Source: Acidobacteriota bacterium
Lineage (GTDB): Bacteria > Acidobacteriota > Vicinamibacteria > Vicinamibacterales > SCN-69-37
Reading direction: 5' to 3'
Assembly: GCA_020853395.1 (NCBI GenBank)
Contig: JADYYY010000010.1
Coordinates: 516,075-580,074, forward strand
Length of the DNA: 64,000 nucleotides
The position numbers and the translations under genes were made by a program. This document shows positions 9,389 to 17,139 of this stretch, piece after piece (the stretch's first letter is position 1; each line of letters begins with the position of its first letter). The notes under the pieces are model-generated. The model ran no database searches and was not told the DNA's origin. It saw only the letters and a list, made by a program, of their open reading frames with translations.

Positions 9389-9951
9389 CACCCCGGAGGC
9401 ACGCCGCGCCGCCGCGCATCCTCCCGCAGCTTGTCGATCTCGGCCTGGTTCGATTGCAGCGTCGTCCGCAGACGCTCGGCCTCGGCGAGCGCTTTCGACA
9501 GGCCCTGAGCCAGCGATGCGCGCTGCACGGGATCGTCGCGGCGCAACAGGTCGTTCTGCAACGCCGCCACGCGCGACTCCAGGGCCGCGGCGAGCGTGCG
9601 ATTGCGCTCGAGCTCCGCCGTCAGCCCGGCGACCTTCGTGCGCCACTGCGCCTCGTCGGAAGGAGCCGCTTTCGCGGGCTCAGCCGCAACAACGGGCTTC
9701 GCACCTGCCGGCGAGGTCTCCGCCGGCGACGACGTGTCCTGCTCCGGATCTTCGGGGGCGGGGGCAGGAACGGCGATGTCGCTCGGCCGAAGCGTTGGCA
9801 GCGTCTCGTTGGTCAGCACGGCGGACGCCGCGGGCAGGAGCGCGCGGCGCACCGCTTCGTGCCGCGCCGCGTCGGCCAGCGATACCGGCGGTGCGTTCAA
9901 CCAGGCGAGAATCGCTCCGATCAGGGCGGGTAACTGCCAAACGCTCGTCAC
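9376..9951 (-). CDS. Hypothetical membrane-anchored coiled-coil protein, last gene of the minor-pilin operon
   Basis: N-terminal hydrophobic helix VWQLPALIGAILAWL, a Pro/Ala/Glu-rich spacer, then heptad-like AQWRTKVAGLTAELERNRTLAAALESRVAALQNDLL...AEAERLRTTLQSNQAEIDKLRE. The GTG at 9951 forms a GTGA overlap with the upstream stop; the track start at 9966 is a TTG. Confidence 0.6.
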   Translation of the reverse strand: MTSVWQLPALIGAILAWLNAPPVSLADAARHEAVRRALLPAASAVLTNETLPTLRPSDIAVPAPAPEDPEQDTSSPAETSPAGAKPVVAAEPAKAAPSDEAQWRTKVAGLTAELERNRTLAAALESRVAALQNDLLRRDDPVQRASLAQGLSKALAEAERLRTTLQSNQAEIDKLREDARRRGVPPGWLRP

Positions 9952-10682
9952 GGAGCTTCCCTCCAAGCCATCACGCGCACGACGCCAGCCGAAGTGGAGT
10001 CGACGTCCTGCTGAGGCAAGAACTGCGCCACGCCTGGCGGCGTCGTCTCGGCGTCCTCGCCGGCAGGCGAATGGCCCGCGCTTACAGGACTGTCCGGCGC
10101 GCGCGTCGTCACGAACAACTCCAGCGTGCGCACGCGCCGGCCCAGCCTCGCCTGTGCCCGAACCATCACGATCCCGTCCGAGTCGAGATTCGAATCGCCA
10201 TCGCCGTCAGTGGGGTTGTCGGCGACCCACGCCGCGAGATACGGGCAGGACGCGGCCGCCTCCGCAGGAATCAGCCGGTCGAGCGCGCTCCACGCGAACA
10301 ACCGCCAGACCGGCGTGTCGCCGCCTCTCGGCCAGCGACGGTTCGTCCGCTCCTGCAACGTTGTCGTCTCCTGCTCGAGGTCGAACAGGTTGCCCCACGA
10401 AGTGCGAACGACGCGCGAGGAATCGGACAGTCCGGACCGTGCGTCGGCCTGAAGCGCTGCGCCGAACCCACCGGCACGTTTCAGCGCGCCGACCACGTAC
10501 GCGCCGATCGCATCGGCCGCGTACGCCACGCGGGCGTCGTCTCGGAAGTTCGCGGACATGGCACGATCCGAGGCGGACAACGTCATCAGGCCGGCGCTGG
10601 CAGCCAGGACGCACCCGAGCACCATCACGGCGAGCAACACGGCGCTGCCGCACTCACCCGCGCGCGCGCGATACACCCGCAT
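9948..10682 (-). CDS. PilX/GspK-like minor pilus protein (no canonical prepilin cleavage motif)
   Basis: ATG at 10682, 3 nt after the upstream stop. The N-terminus MRVYRARAGECGSAVLLAVMVLGCVLAASAGLMTLSA resembles the PilX_N/GspK-type hydrophobic N-terminus. Position in a pseudopilin operon supports the call. Confidence 0.6.
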   Translation of the reverse strand: MRVYRARAGECGSAVLLAVMVLGCVLAASAGLMTLSASDRAMSANFRDDARVAYAADAIGAYVVGALKRAGGFGAALQADARSGLSDSSRVVRTSWGNLFDLEQETTTLQERTNRRWPRGGDTPVWRLFAWSALDRLIPAEAAASCPYLAAWVADNPTDGDGDSNLDSDGIVMVRAQARLGRRVRTLELFVTTRAPDSPVSAGHSPAGEDAETTPPGVAQFLPQQDVDSTSAGVVRVMAWREAP

Positions 10683-10684
10683 CG

Positions 10685-11761
10685 TCACTCGACCTCCAGA
10701 TTCGGCGGCGCCACGTCGAACGACGCGGCGAGATCGGGCACCCACGCCCATGCGCTGCGACTCGTGCCCGCCAGCGCGAATCCGGCACCACGGCCGCGCA
10801 GCGTGCTCGACGCGACCTGGCCCGTGACCGTGACGCGCACACGACGGATCCGCAGGAGGTCGGCGTCGAACGCCGTCGCTCCTGTTCCGCACCATGGCCC
10901 GTCCGCCAGGATCGACAGCGGCAAAGCCGCAAGGCCGTCGTCATCCGGCGTGAGCAACGAGCCGCCGATCGGAGCGCCCGACGCCTCGTAGAGACAGTTG
11001 GCCGTTCCGGCGGGCGGCTTCGGTACCAAGGCCGGAGCCGGCGTCCCGAAGTACTCGATCGCCAGGCCGGCGATTTCGTCCAGGATCGTGACGTCTGCTG
11101 CTCCGTCGCTCAGCCGTAACTGCCGAGCCGATCGGTCGAACGTATAGGTGCGTGCGACCACGCTCGCGACCGTCGCGCCGGCCGCATAGGAAAATGGCGA
11201 CGTGCCGCCGCGCGGGCTGAGATGGATCTCGCCGCCAACCGCAGCCGTCACGGCGAAGAGATCGAAGTGCCCGACGCCGTCGGCGATCAACACCGTCGTT
11301 CCCTCGCCGAAGCCGCAGCCCGGCCGGCTGCCGTCGCAACCGGCTCCGGGCTCGAGCGTCGCCGTGCTCCCCACCATCGGCGCCGCGAGCGTGGTCTCCA
11401 CCCCATCCACCGGCACCCACAGCATCGTCACGGCGTCGGGCCGGACGACGGTCGACGCGTCGGGCGACGACGTGCCGAGACGACGGGGCACGAGAGGAGG
11501 TAGAAGACGACGGAGCGTGCCGGCTGCCGGACCGATGGCCAGGCCGGCGCCAGCCGCGCGCAAGTCGCGCTCGAGCGTGCGGCTTGCCGCCCGGACCCGC
11601 TGCTGCAAGTCGAGCGCTTCGGGCTGCGCACGCGCGCTCTGGACCGTCGGGATCATCATGGCGACCAGGCTGCCCGCCAGCACCATCGCCAGCACCAGCG
11701 CGACGAGCACTTCGATCAGCATGAACCCGCCTTCAGCGTGTCGCCCATCGCCCATCGTCAT
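10685..11761 (-). CDS. PilW-like minor pilin (prepilin-type N-terminal cleavage/methylation domain)
   Basis: ATG at 11761 (ATGA overlap with the upstream gene). MTMGDGRHAEGG|FMLIEVLVALVLAMVLAG carries the G|F..E5 prepilin signature. Large C-terminal domain with four Cys (GAGCDGSRPGCG, ANCLYE, PWCGTG). Confidence 0.75.
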   Translation of the reverse strand: MTMGDGRHAEGGFMLIEVLVALVLAMVLAGSLVAMMIPTVQSARAQPEALDLQQRVRAASRTLERDLRAAGAGLAIGPAAGTLRRLLPPLVPRRLGTSSPDASTVVRPDAVTMLWVPVDGVETTLAAPMVGSTATLEPGAGCDGSRPGCGFGEGTTVLIADGVGHFDLFAVTAAVGGEIHLSPRGGTSPFSYAAGATVASVVARTYTFDRSARQLRLSDGAADVTILDEIAGLAIEYFGTPAPALVPKPPAGTANCLYEASGAPIGGSLLTPDDDGLAALPLSILADGPWCGTGATAFDADLLRIRRVRVTVTGQVASSTLRGRGAGFALAGTSRSAWAWVPDLAASFDVAPPNLEVE

Positions 11762-12225
11762 CTCGGCAGTCGAACGGTCGATAGCTGCACGGAGGAGCCT
11801 CGCCGCGAAACCTGTCCATCGGCCGAGACGGCTGGCATCACGAGAACCGTGACCGTCTCGAGCGGCACGCCCGTCACCGCGACGAGATCGCCGGTCCACC
11901 GGCGGACGTAGAGGCCGGCAAATGGCACGTTCGATCCGCTGGCGAAGGGCTGCCCGCTGGAATCCACGACGTCGAAGAAGCCTGCGACGTTGCTGTCGAG
12001 TGCGCCCGGCGCGAGCGCGAGCGGTGCCGGGCTCGACCGCAGGCTCTCGAGCTTCTGACGGGCGAGCAGTGCCGCGATCGTCCTGGCGCGCGCCTCCTCG
12101 CTCGCACGGATCGACAGCCCCAGCAGCGCGCCCACGACGGAGAGCGCGATCGTGACCAGGTTGAGCGCGATCAGGACTTCGATCAGCGTGAAGCCATCCG
12201 GTGGCCGGCTAGCGGCGTTGCGCAT
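11758..12225 (-). CDS. PilV/GspI-like minor pilin (prepilin-type N-terminal domain)
   Basis: ATG at 12225 gives MRNAASRPPDG|FTLIEVLIALNLVTIAL, a class III signal peptide with Glu5. The track start at 12246 is a TTG and is less likely. Confidence 0.75.
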   Translation of the reverse strand: MRNAASRPPDGFTLIEVLIALNLVTIALSVVGALLGLSIRASEEARARTIAALLARQKLESLRSSPAPLALAPGALDSNVAGFFDVVDSSGQPFASGSNVPFAGLYVRRWTGDLVAVTGVPLETVTVLVMPAVSADGQVSRRGSSVQLSTVRLPR

Positions 12226-12294
12226 GCTGGACACGACGCATTGCAAGCGCCGATCCCTGGCGCAGCCGCGCCGTTCTATTGAGGCAGCCGAGAT

Positions 12295-12346
12295 GGATCG
12301 CAGTTACTGCGAGCTTGGCGACGCCGGCGATCGCAGGATCTGCGAG
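12295..12346. promoter_or_regulatory. Two copies of a 19-nt unit, each containing the palindrome TCGCAG-N3-CTGCGA, upstream of the minor-pilin operon
   Basis: GATCGCAGttaCTGCGAGC (12295-12313) and GATCGCAGgatCTGCGAGC (12328-12346), with starts 33 nt apart. They lie in the 112-nt gap between the pilD stop and the first minor-pilin gene. Confidence 0.4.
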
Positions 12347-12358
12347 CCCCGCGTGCGC

Positions 12359-13126
12359 TCACAGGAACTGGGCGTACCAATCGATGAGCGCTTCGCCCAC
12401 GAGCGACGCCACGAACGCCGAGAAGGCGAGGAACGTGCCGAACGGCAGGCGATAGTCGAGCGACTTCCGCTGGAGCGCAGCCACGCCGAGCCCGACGAAC
12501 GCACCGCTCAGGCTCGACAGGAACAACACGACGATCACCTGACGCCAGCCGAGAAAGGCACCGATCATGGCGAGCATCTTGACGTCGCCGAGCCCCATGC
12601 CGTCCACGCCGGTGGCCCGGCGCCAGGCCCATCGAATCAGCAGCAGGACGCCGGCGCCCAACGCCGCTCCGTACAAGCTGTCGGCAACGCCCGGCGGCAA
12701 CAGGAAGCTGAAGCTCACGCCGATGACGATCCCAGGCAGCGTGACGACGTTCGGAAGGCGCTGCGTCTCGAGGTCGGTGCCGAAGAGGACGATCAGCAGC
12801 ACGGTGAAGACCAGCCGCGCGGCGAGCAGGGGCCAGTCACCGCCCGTGAAGATCCCTTGGAGCACGAAGGCGCCGGCCGTGGCCAGCTCGACCAGCGGAT
12901 ATCGCAGCCCGATGGGCGCGCGACACGCGCGGCACCGGCCGCCGAGCACGAGGTAGCTGGCAACCGGCACGTTGTCGTGCCAGCGGATCGCCGTTCGGCA
13001 CGACGGGCAGCGCGACCCCGGCCAGACGATCGACTCGCCGAGCGGCAGCCGGCCGATGCACACGTTCAGGAAGCTGCCGATCACCAGGCCGAACAGCCCC
13101 AGCAGGATGAGCGCGATGGCGCTCAT
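12359..13126 (-). CDS. pilD: Prepilin peptidase / N-methyltransferase (A24 family)
   Basis: ATG at 13126. MSAIALILLGLFGLVIGSFLNVCIGRLP, Cys pairs CPSCRTAIRW...GGRCRACRAPI, and catalytic Asp contexts LFGTDLETQRLP and GMGLGDVKMLAMIGAFLG. The 570-aa track ORF is a run-on into the upstream gene in another frame. Confidence 0.92.
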   Translation of the reverse strand: MSAIALILLGLFGLVIGSFLNVCIGRLPLGESIVWPGSRCPSCRTAIRWHDNVPVASYLVLGGRCRACRAPIGLRYPLVELATAGAFVLQGIFTGGDWPLLAARLVFTVLLIVLFGTDLETQRLPNVVTLPGIVIGVSFSFLLPPGVADSLYGAALGAGVLLLIRWAWRRATGVDGMGLGDVKMLAMIGAFLGWRQVIVVLFLSSLSGAFVGLGVAALQRKSLDYRLPFGTFLAFSAFVASLVGEALIDWYAQFL

Positions 13127-14016
13127 CGGGCGAGCGCCTGGGGGAGGGGCGACAGGCTGGACTGCGGCGACAGCGAGACCGCGCCGGTGGTCTCGTCGTA
13201 GACGAAGGGCATCCCGGTCGGGTCGAGGGGGATGCCGGGAATGCGGCCAGTCCGCACGAGGTCTTGCCATTCGTGGGGCGGGCGTCCCGCGTCGCGCGTG
13301 TAGCGATCGACGTCGGCCTGGAGTCGATCGATCACGTCGAGCGCATCGAGCTGGGCGAGCGAGCGTTCGGCGGCGCTGCGGATATAGCGTTCCTCGGACG
13401 TCCGGAGCTCGTGGAAGAGCCGGCGCGCGCCGGCGCGATCGCCGCCCTGCGCAAGGGTGAGCGCCGCCAGCGGCTCGAGCCAGTCGGGCGCGCCCGGCAG
13501 CGCCGCCGCCTTCCGGAACCAACGCCCGGCCGACTCGTAGTCGCGCCGGTACCAGTAGTGGATGAACCCGACGTCGTGCGCGTACTGCCACCGCTGCGGA
13601 TTGGCCGCCATGCCCTTCTCGAGGAGCTGGACGGCCTGGTCCGGCCGGCCGGGGCCGTTCGGCGGGGCCATCGACAGGAAGATCGCGCCGAACCGGTACG
13701 CGATGTTGAAGTGCGGATCGAGCCTCGTCGTCAGATCCAGCAGCGGCTGGAGGAACTGGAACCGGTCGGTCGTCCGCGCCGATTTGCGGTCGCGCCCGTA
13801 GTGCTGGATCGTGCGAATCCAGTACAGGTCGGCGGCGATGGCATCGAAGGACAGGTACAGGCGATCGGCCACGGCGCCGGACGTGAGGTACATCAGCCGC
13901 GCCGTCGATTGGGGCAGCGGATGCCTCGTCTCCCTGGCATACAGCACGCCCGACGCGACGCCCAGGCACGCCAGCGCGAGGAGCGCTCGCACGAACGCCG
14001 CGCGGCGCGACGTCAT
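13123..14016 (-). CDS. TPR-like repeat protein with N-terminal signal or possible lipobox (PilF/Tgl-like candidate)
   Basis: ATG at 14016 (ATGA overlap with the permease stop). MTSRRAAFVRALLALACLGV fits a permissive lipobox pattern (LALAC). Helical repeat content follows (AIAADLYWIRTIQHYG, AYRFGAIFL, AVQLLEKGMAANP, AHDVGFIHYWYRRDYESAGRWFRKAA). Confidence 0.65.
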   Translation of the reverse strand: MTSRRAAFVRALLALACLGVASGVLYARETRHPLPQSTARLMYLTSGAVADRLYLSFDAIAADLYWIRTIQHYGRDRKSARTTDRFQFLQPLLDLTTRLDPHFNIAYRFGAIFLSMAPPNGPGRPDQAVQLLEKGMAANPQRWQYAHDVGFIHYWYRRDYESAGRWFRKAAALPGAPDWLEPLAALTLAQGGDRAGARRLFHELRTSEERYIRSAAERSLAQLDALDVIDRLQADVDRYTRDAGRPPHEWQDLVRTGRIPGIPLDPTGMPFVYDETTGAVSLSPQSSLSPLPQALAR

Positions 14017-14831
14017 ACGAACTCCCGCCGCCCGAAGACCGCGACGGCTGCACCGACCAGCCCCGCGGCATAGAGGATGGCGTAGGCGACGGTGAACGCC
14101 ACGAAGCCGTTCGGCAGCACCAGGCCGTGAACGACCGATGCCTTCACGTCGAACGCGGAGAACGCCGGCACGGCCCAGCCGACGAGCCCCACGAGCCAGG
14201 CGACGGCGGGCGAGACGTCCACGACGTCGCCGAACCCGCGAAGATCGGCGCTGTACAGCCCGGTGACGAACACGCCGACCGTGAAGGCCACCGACAGGAG
14301 GGCGTTGGACGAGAACGACGAGAAGAACAGCGCCACGGCCGTGAGCAGCGCCAGCTCGAGGAGGATCATCCCGACCGCCAGCAGGAGCCACGGATCCATC
14401 GCCGGCGCGTCCCAGGCCCGGCGCTCGACCGGCAAGGCCTGCCAGTCGAGATAGCCGAGGACGAGATACAGCGCGGCCGTCATCGCCGCGAGGTTCACCG
14501 CAATCGTGGCGACCAGCCCGATGTACTTCCCCGTGACGAACTCCCAGCGCGGGAGCGGCTTCGCGAGCAGGCTGAAGATGCTGCGCCGATCGATCTCGCG
14601 CGCCACGAGCCCCACGCCGATGAACACGCTCATCAGCGCGCCGGCCAGCTCAAGCGTCGAGAGCCCGAGGTCCTTGATGATCTTGACGTCCTCGCCGGCC
14701 GACAACTGCGCAATCGCGATCGACGCGATCACCAGCAGCAGCGCAAACGCGCCGATGCCGTAGAGCACGCGGTCGCGCACGCTCTCCTTGAAGACGTGCC
14801 AGGCGACGAGGCCGATCCGTCGCAGCGTCAC
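14013..14831 (-). CDS. ABC-2 type transporter permease (PilI-like position)
   Basis: GTG at 14831 (GTGA overlap with the ATPase stop). A 272-aa polytopic protein: LYGIGAFALLLVIASIAIAQL..., about six hydrophobic helices, NosY/GldF-like organisation. Confidence 0.8.
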   Translation of the reverse strand: MTLRRIGLVAWHVFKESVRDRVLYGIGAFALLLVIASIAIAQLSAGEDVKIIKDLGLSTLELAGALMSVFIGVGLVAREIDRRSIFSLLAKPLPRWEFVTGKYIGLVATIAVNLAAMTAALYLVLGYLDWQALPVERRAWDAPAMDPWLLLAVGMILLELALLTAVALFFSSFSSNALLSVAFTVGVFVTGLYSADLRGFGDVVDVSPAVAWLVGLVGWAVPAFSAFDVKASVVHGLVLPNGFVAFTVAYAILYAAGLVGAAVAVFGRREFV

Positions 14832-15769
14832 GCCGCCGGCGCCTCGCCCAGCGCCTTCAGGAACACGTCCTCGAGCGTCGTGCGCATCGGCGTCACCGAC
14901 ACGAGCGACGCGCCGCTGGCCGCGAGCTCCGCGATGATCGTCTCCGGACGCGCGGTCGCGTCGATCTCGAGGCTGTACCGGCCGTGGTCGATCCGTGTCA
15001 CGCGGCGCACCCGCGGCCGGATGCGTTCGATCACGTGCGGTTCGAGCCCGCCCATGACGATCTCGGCGCCGCCGGTGCCGTGGCCGGTGAGATCACTGAG
15101 GGCGCCGGACGCGACCAGGTGCCCTTTCGACAGGATGCCGACGCGGCTGCACAACAGCTCGGCATCGCTGAGGATGTGCGAGCTGAACAGCACCGTGCGG
15201 CCCTGATCCCGCCATTCCAGGATCATCTCGCGGACGTCGCGCCGGCCGAGCGGGTCCAGCCCCGACATCGGCTCGTCGAGGACGACGAGCGCCGGGTCGT
15301 TCACGATGGCCTGCGCGAGCCCGACCCGCTGCAGCATCCCTTTCGAGTACTGCCGCAGCGGCTTGTGGCGCTCGGCGTCCAGTCCCACGCGCGCGAGCGC
15401 TTCGCCGACGCGCCGGCGTCGATCGGCGCCCGCGAAGCCGAAGAGTCCGGCGAAGTAGGTGACGAGCTCCTCCGCCGTCAGATGATCGTAGAAGGTCGGG
15501 TTCTCGGGCAGGAACCCCAGCCGTTGGCGCGCTTCGACGTCGCCAGCCGGCCGGCCGAGCAGCTCGATCCGTCCCGACGTCGGGCGCAGCAGGTTCAGCA
15601 GCAGCTTGAGCGTGGTGCTCTTGCCCGCGCCGTTGGGCCCGAGCAGGCCGAAGACGACGCCCTGCGGGATGTCGAACGAGATGTCGTCCAGCACGCGCTT
15701 CGGACGCGGCCGCCAGAAGCCGGCGAGGAAGTCTTTGCTCAGTCGTTCGACCCGGACCACGGTTGTCAT
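14828..15769 (-). CDS. ABC transporter ATP-binding protein (PilH-like position)
   Basis: Walker A GLLGPNGAGKSTT, signature-like YSKGMLQRVGLA, Walker B LVVLDEPMSGLD, H-loop VLFSSHIL. ATG at 15769; the GTG at 15805 is an alternative start. Confidence 0.9.
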   Translation of the reverse strand: MTTVVRVERLSKDFLAGFWRPRPKRVLDDISFDIPQGVVFGLLGPNGAGKSTTLKLLLNLLRPTSGRIELLGRPAGDVEARQRLGFLPENPTFYDHLTAEELVTYFAGLFGFAGADRRRRVGEALARVGLDAERHKPLRQYSKGMLQRVGLAQAIVNDPALVVLDEPMSGLDPLGRRDVREMILEWRDQGRTVLFSSHILSDAELLCSRVGILSKGHLVASGALSDLTGHGTGGAEIVMGGLEPHVIERIRPRVRRVTRIDHGRYSLEIDATARPETIIAELAASGASLVSVTPMRTTLEDVFLKALGEAPAA

Positions 15770-15829
15770 CTGGGTCTCTCTCGGGGGCCGGCCGTCCGCA
15801 GCCACGACGCCGGCTCGCCGGCGCGCGGG

Positions 15830-17020
15830 TCAGGGACGATTCAGTTCGATCTCGATCGCCAGCTCGAAATACGCCGGCAGCATGCCGCTCGGCAGCTTCA
15901 CGCCGTTCAGGTAGTAGGTCGGCGTCCCCTGAATCCCCAGCACTCCTCCATCGGCAATATCGCTGCGGATCGCTGGAAGCTTCAGGGCGTATTCCTTGTC
16001 GAAGTCCTTCACGCCCAGGATTCGGCCCGCGGCTTCCCTCACCTGCGCCGGCGGCACGCCCTGGTGCGTGTAGAGCCAGCTCGTCATCTCCTCGTACTTC
16101 GCCGCGCTCTGATCCTTGGCGATGCGCGCCGCAGCCGCCGCATCGCACGCCGCTTCGTGCCCGGGAATCGTCGAGCGCGTGTTGAAGTTGCACTTGCTGT
16201 TCCAGGGCCAGTCCTTGACGACGTATTTCACCGCGCCGGGGCGGGAGGCTTCGAACTTCTTCAGCACCGGCTTGTAGAACAGCTCGGCCTGCGCGCAGGA
16301 CGGGCATTCGAAGTCGTTGAACTTCACGACCACGACTTTGGCGCCGTCGGCCGGCACGCCAACATCGACCCGCGGCTGCCTGGCCCAGGCGGCCTCGAAA
16401 TTCGTCCGGGCATCGCCCGTGACCGCCGGCGCCGACGCGGCCTGCTCCGAGACCGTCGACTCCCTTGGAAAGAACGCGACGACCGACGCGGCGCCCGCGA
16501 GGTACAGCAGCACCGCCGCGAGCACGACAGGCCGGCGCAGGGCCGTGCCGAGATCACCAAGGAGCCGAGCGGGAAGGTTGCCCAACGATTCCCCTTTCGC
16601 GCGCCAAGCCAGCACGAAGATGGCCGCGACGCAGACGTACGTGCCGATGCAGAGCAGACAGCCCGTCCTGATGACCAGCGACGAGACATACCCGAGGTAG
16701 AGCACCACGCCGAGCCCGACGACCGCGAGCGCCTGCAGGTAGCCAACCGCCGGGTTGTCCTCGCGGCGGCCGTCGCCGAACACTGCGATGAGCGCGACGA
16801 GACCGAACCAGATCAGCCCGCCAATGGCGACCGGCACGCCGAAGAGCGATCCGAACCGGCTGAGATACACCTGACTGCAACTGAAGGTGGTGTTGACGTC
16901 GCACGGGCTCACGTAGCCAGGATCGGTCAGCAGCCGATAGTGAACCCACGTTGACGATGCCGCCATGCCGAAGCCGACGGCCGCGAACGCCAGGATCAGC
17001 CAGCGAAGGCGTGAGGACAT
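15830..17020 (-). CDS. Vitamin K epoxide reductase (VKOR) domain fused to a DsbA-like thioredoxin-fold domain
   Basis: ATG at 17020. VKOR loop Cys pair CDVNTTFSC, in-membrane CLLC, about five TM helices. The C-terminal thioredoxin domain has FECPSC (CxxC). The 551-aa track ORF runs on through pilA out of frame. Confidence 0.85.
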   Translation of the reverse strand: MSSRLRWLILAFAAVGFGMAASSTWVHYRLLTDPGYVSPCDVNTTFSCSQVYLSRFGSLFGVPVAIGGLIWFGLVALIAVFGDGRREDNPAVGYLQALAVVGLGVVLYLGYVSSLVIRTGCLLCIGTYVCVAAIFVLAWRAKGESLGNLPARLLGDLGTALRRPVVLAAVLLYLAGAASVVAFFPRESTVSEQAASAPAVTGDARTNFEAAWARQPRVDVGVPADGAKVVVVKFNDFECPSCAQAELFYKPVLKKFEASRPGAVKYVVKDWPWNSKCNFNTRSTIPGHEAACDAAAAARIAKDQSAAKYEEMTSWLYTHQGVPPAQVREAAGRILGVKDFDKEYALKLPAIRSDIADGGVLGIQGTPTYYLNGVKLPSGMLPAYFELAIEIELNRP

Positions 17021-17026
17021 GCGCTG

Positions 17027-17069
17027 ATTATAAAGAAACCGGGTTTCCGCGGCCTGGCGCGGAAACCCG
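17027..17069 (-). terminator. Rho-independent terminator downstream of pilA
   Basis: The minus-strand RNA has CGGGUUUCCGCG-ccaggc-CGCGGAAACCCG (perfect 12-bp stem, 6-nt loop), followed by GUUUCUUUAUAAU. Confidence 0.7.
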
Positions 17070-17082
17070 TCGGAAGGTGCTG

Positions 17083-17124
17083 AGGCACCGGGTTTCCCGA
17101 ACAATCGGCGAAAACCCGGTGCCT
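17083..17124 (-). other. Second strong stem-loop in the pilA 3' UTR (13-bp perfect stem, 16-nt loop, no U-tract)
   Basis: AGGCACCGGGTTT (17083-17095) pairs with AAACCCGGTGCCT (17112-17124). It shares the CCGGGTTTCC core with the terminator hairpin. Confidence 0.6.
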
Positions 17125-17139
17125 GAGGCGCGCTGGACC

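Noticed and set aside
6957-10991. 1344-aa plus-strand ORF
   Set aside because: It runs antisense through proS, in a non-aroB frame through aroB, and antisense through three pilus genes. The composition is dominated by Arg/Ala/Pro/Gly and no domain is recognisable. It is a GC-frame artefact.
12359-14071. Long N-terminal extensions in the ORF track. Examples: pilD as 570 aa, VKOR-DsbA as 551 aa (15830-17485), pilT as 455 aa, protease as 665 aa, EF-G2 as 818 aa, L5/L29/S19 extended, and infA as 361 aa.
   Set aside because: The extensions overlap the upstream real gene in another frame, are Arg-rich, and precede canonical N-termini that have proper start codons and translational-coupling overlaps (ATGA or GTGA).
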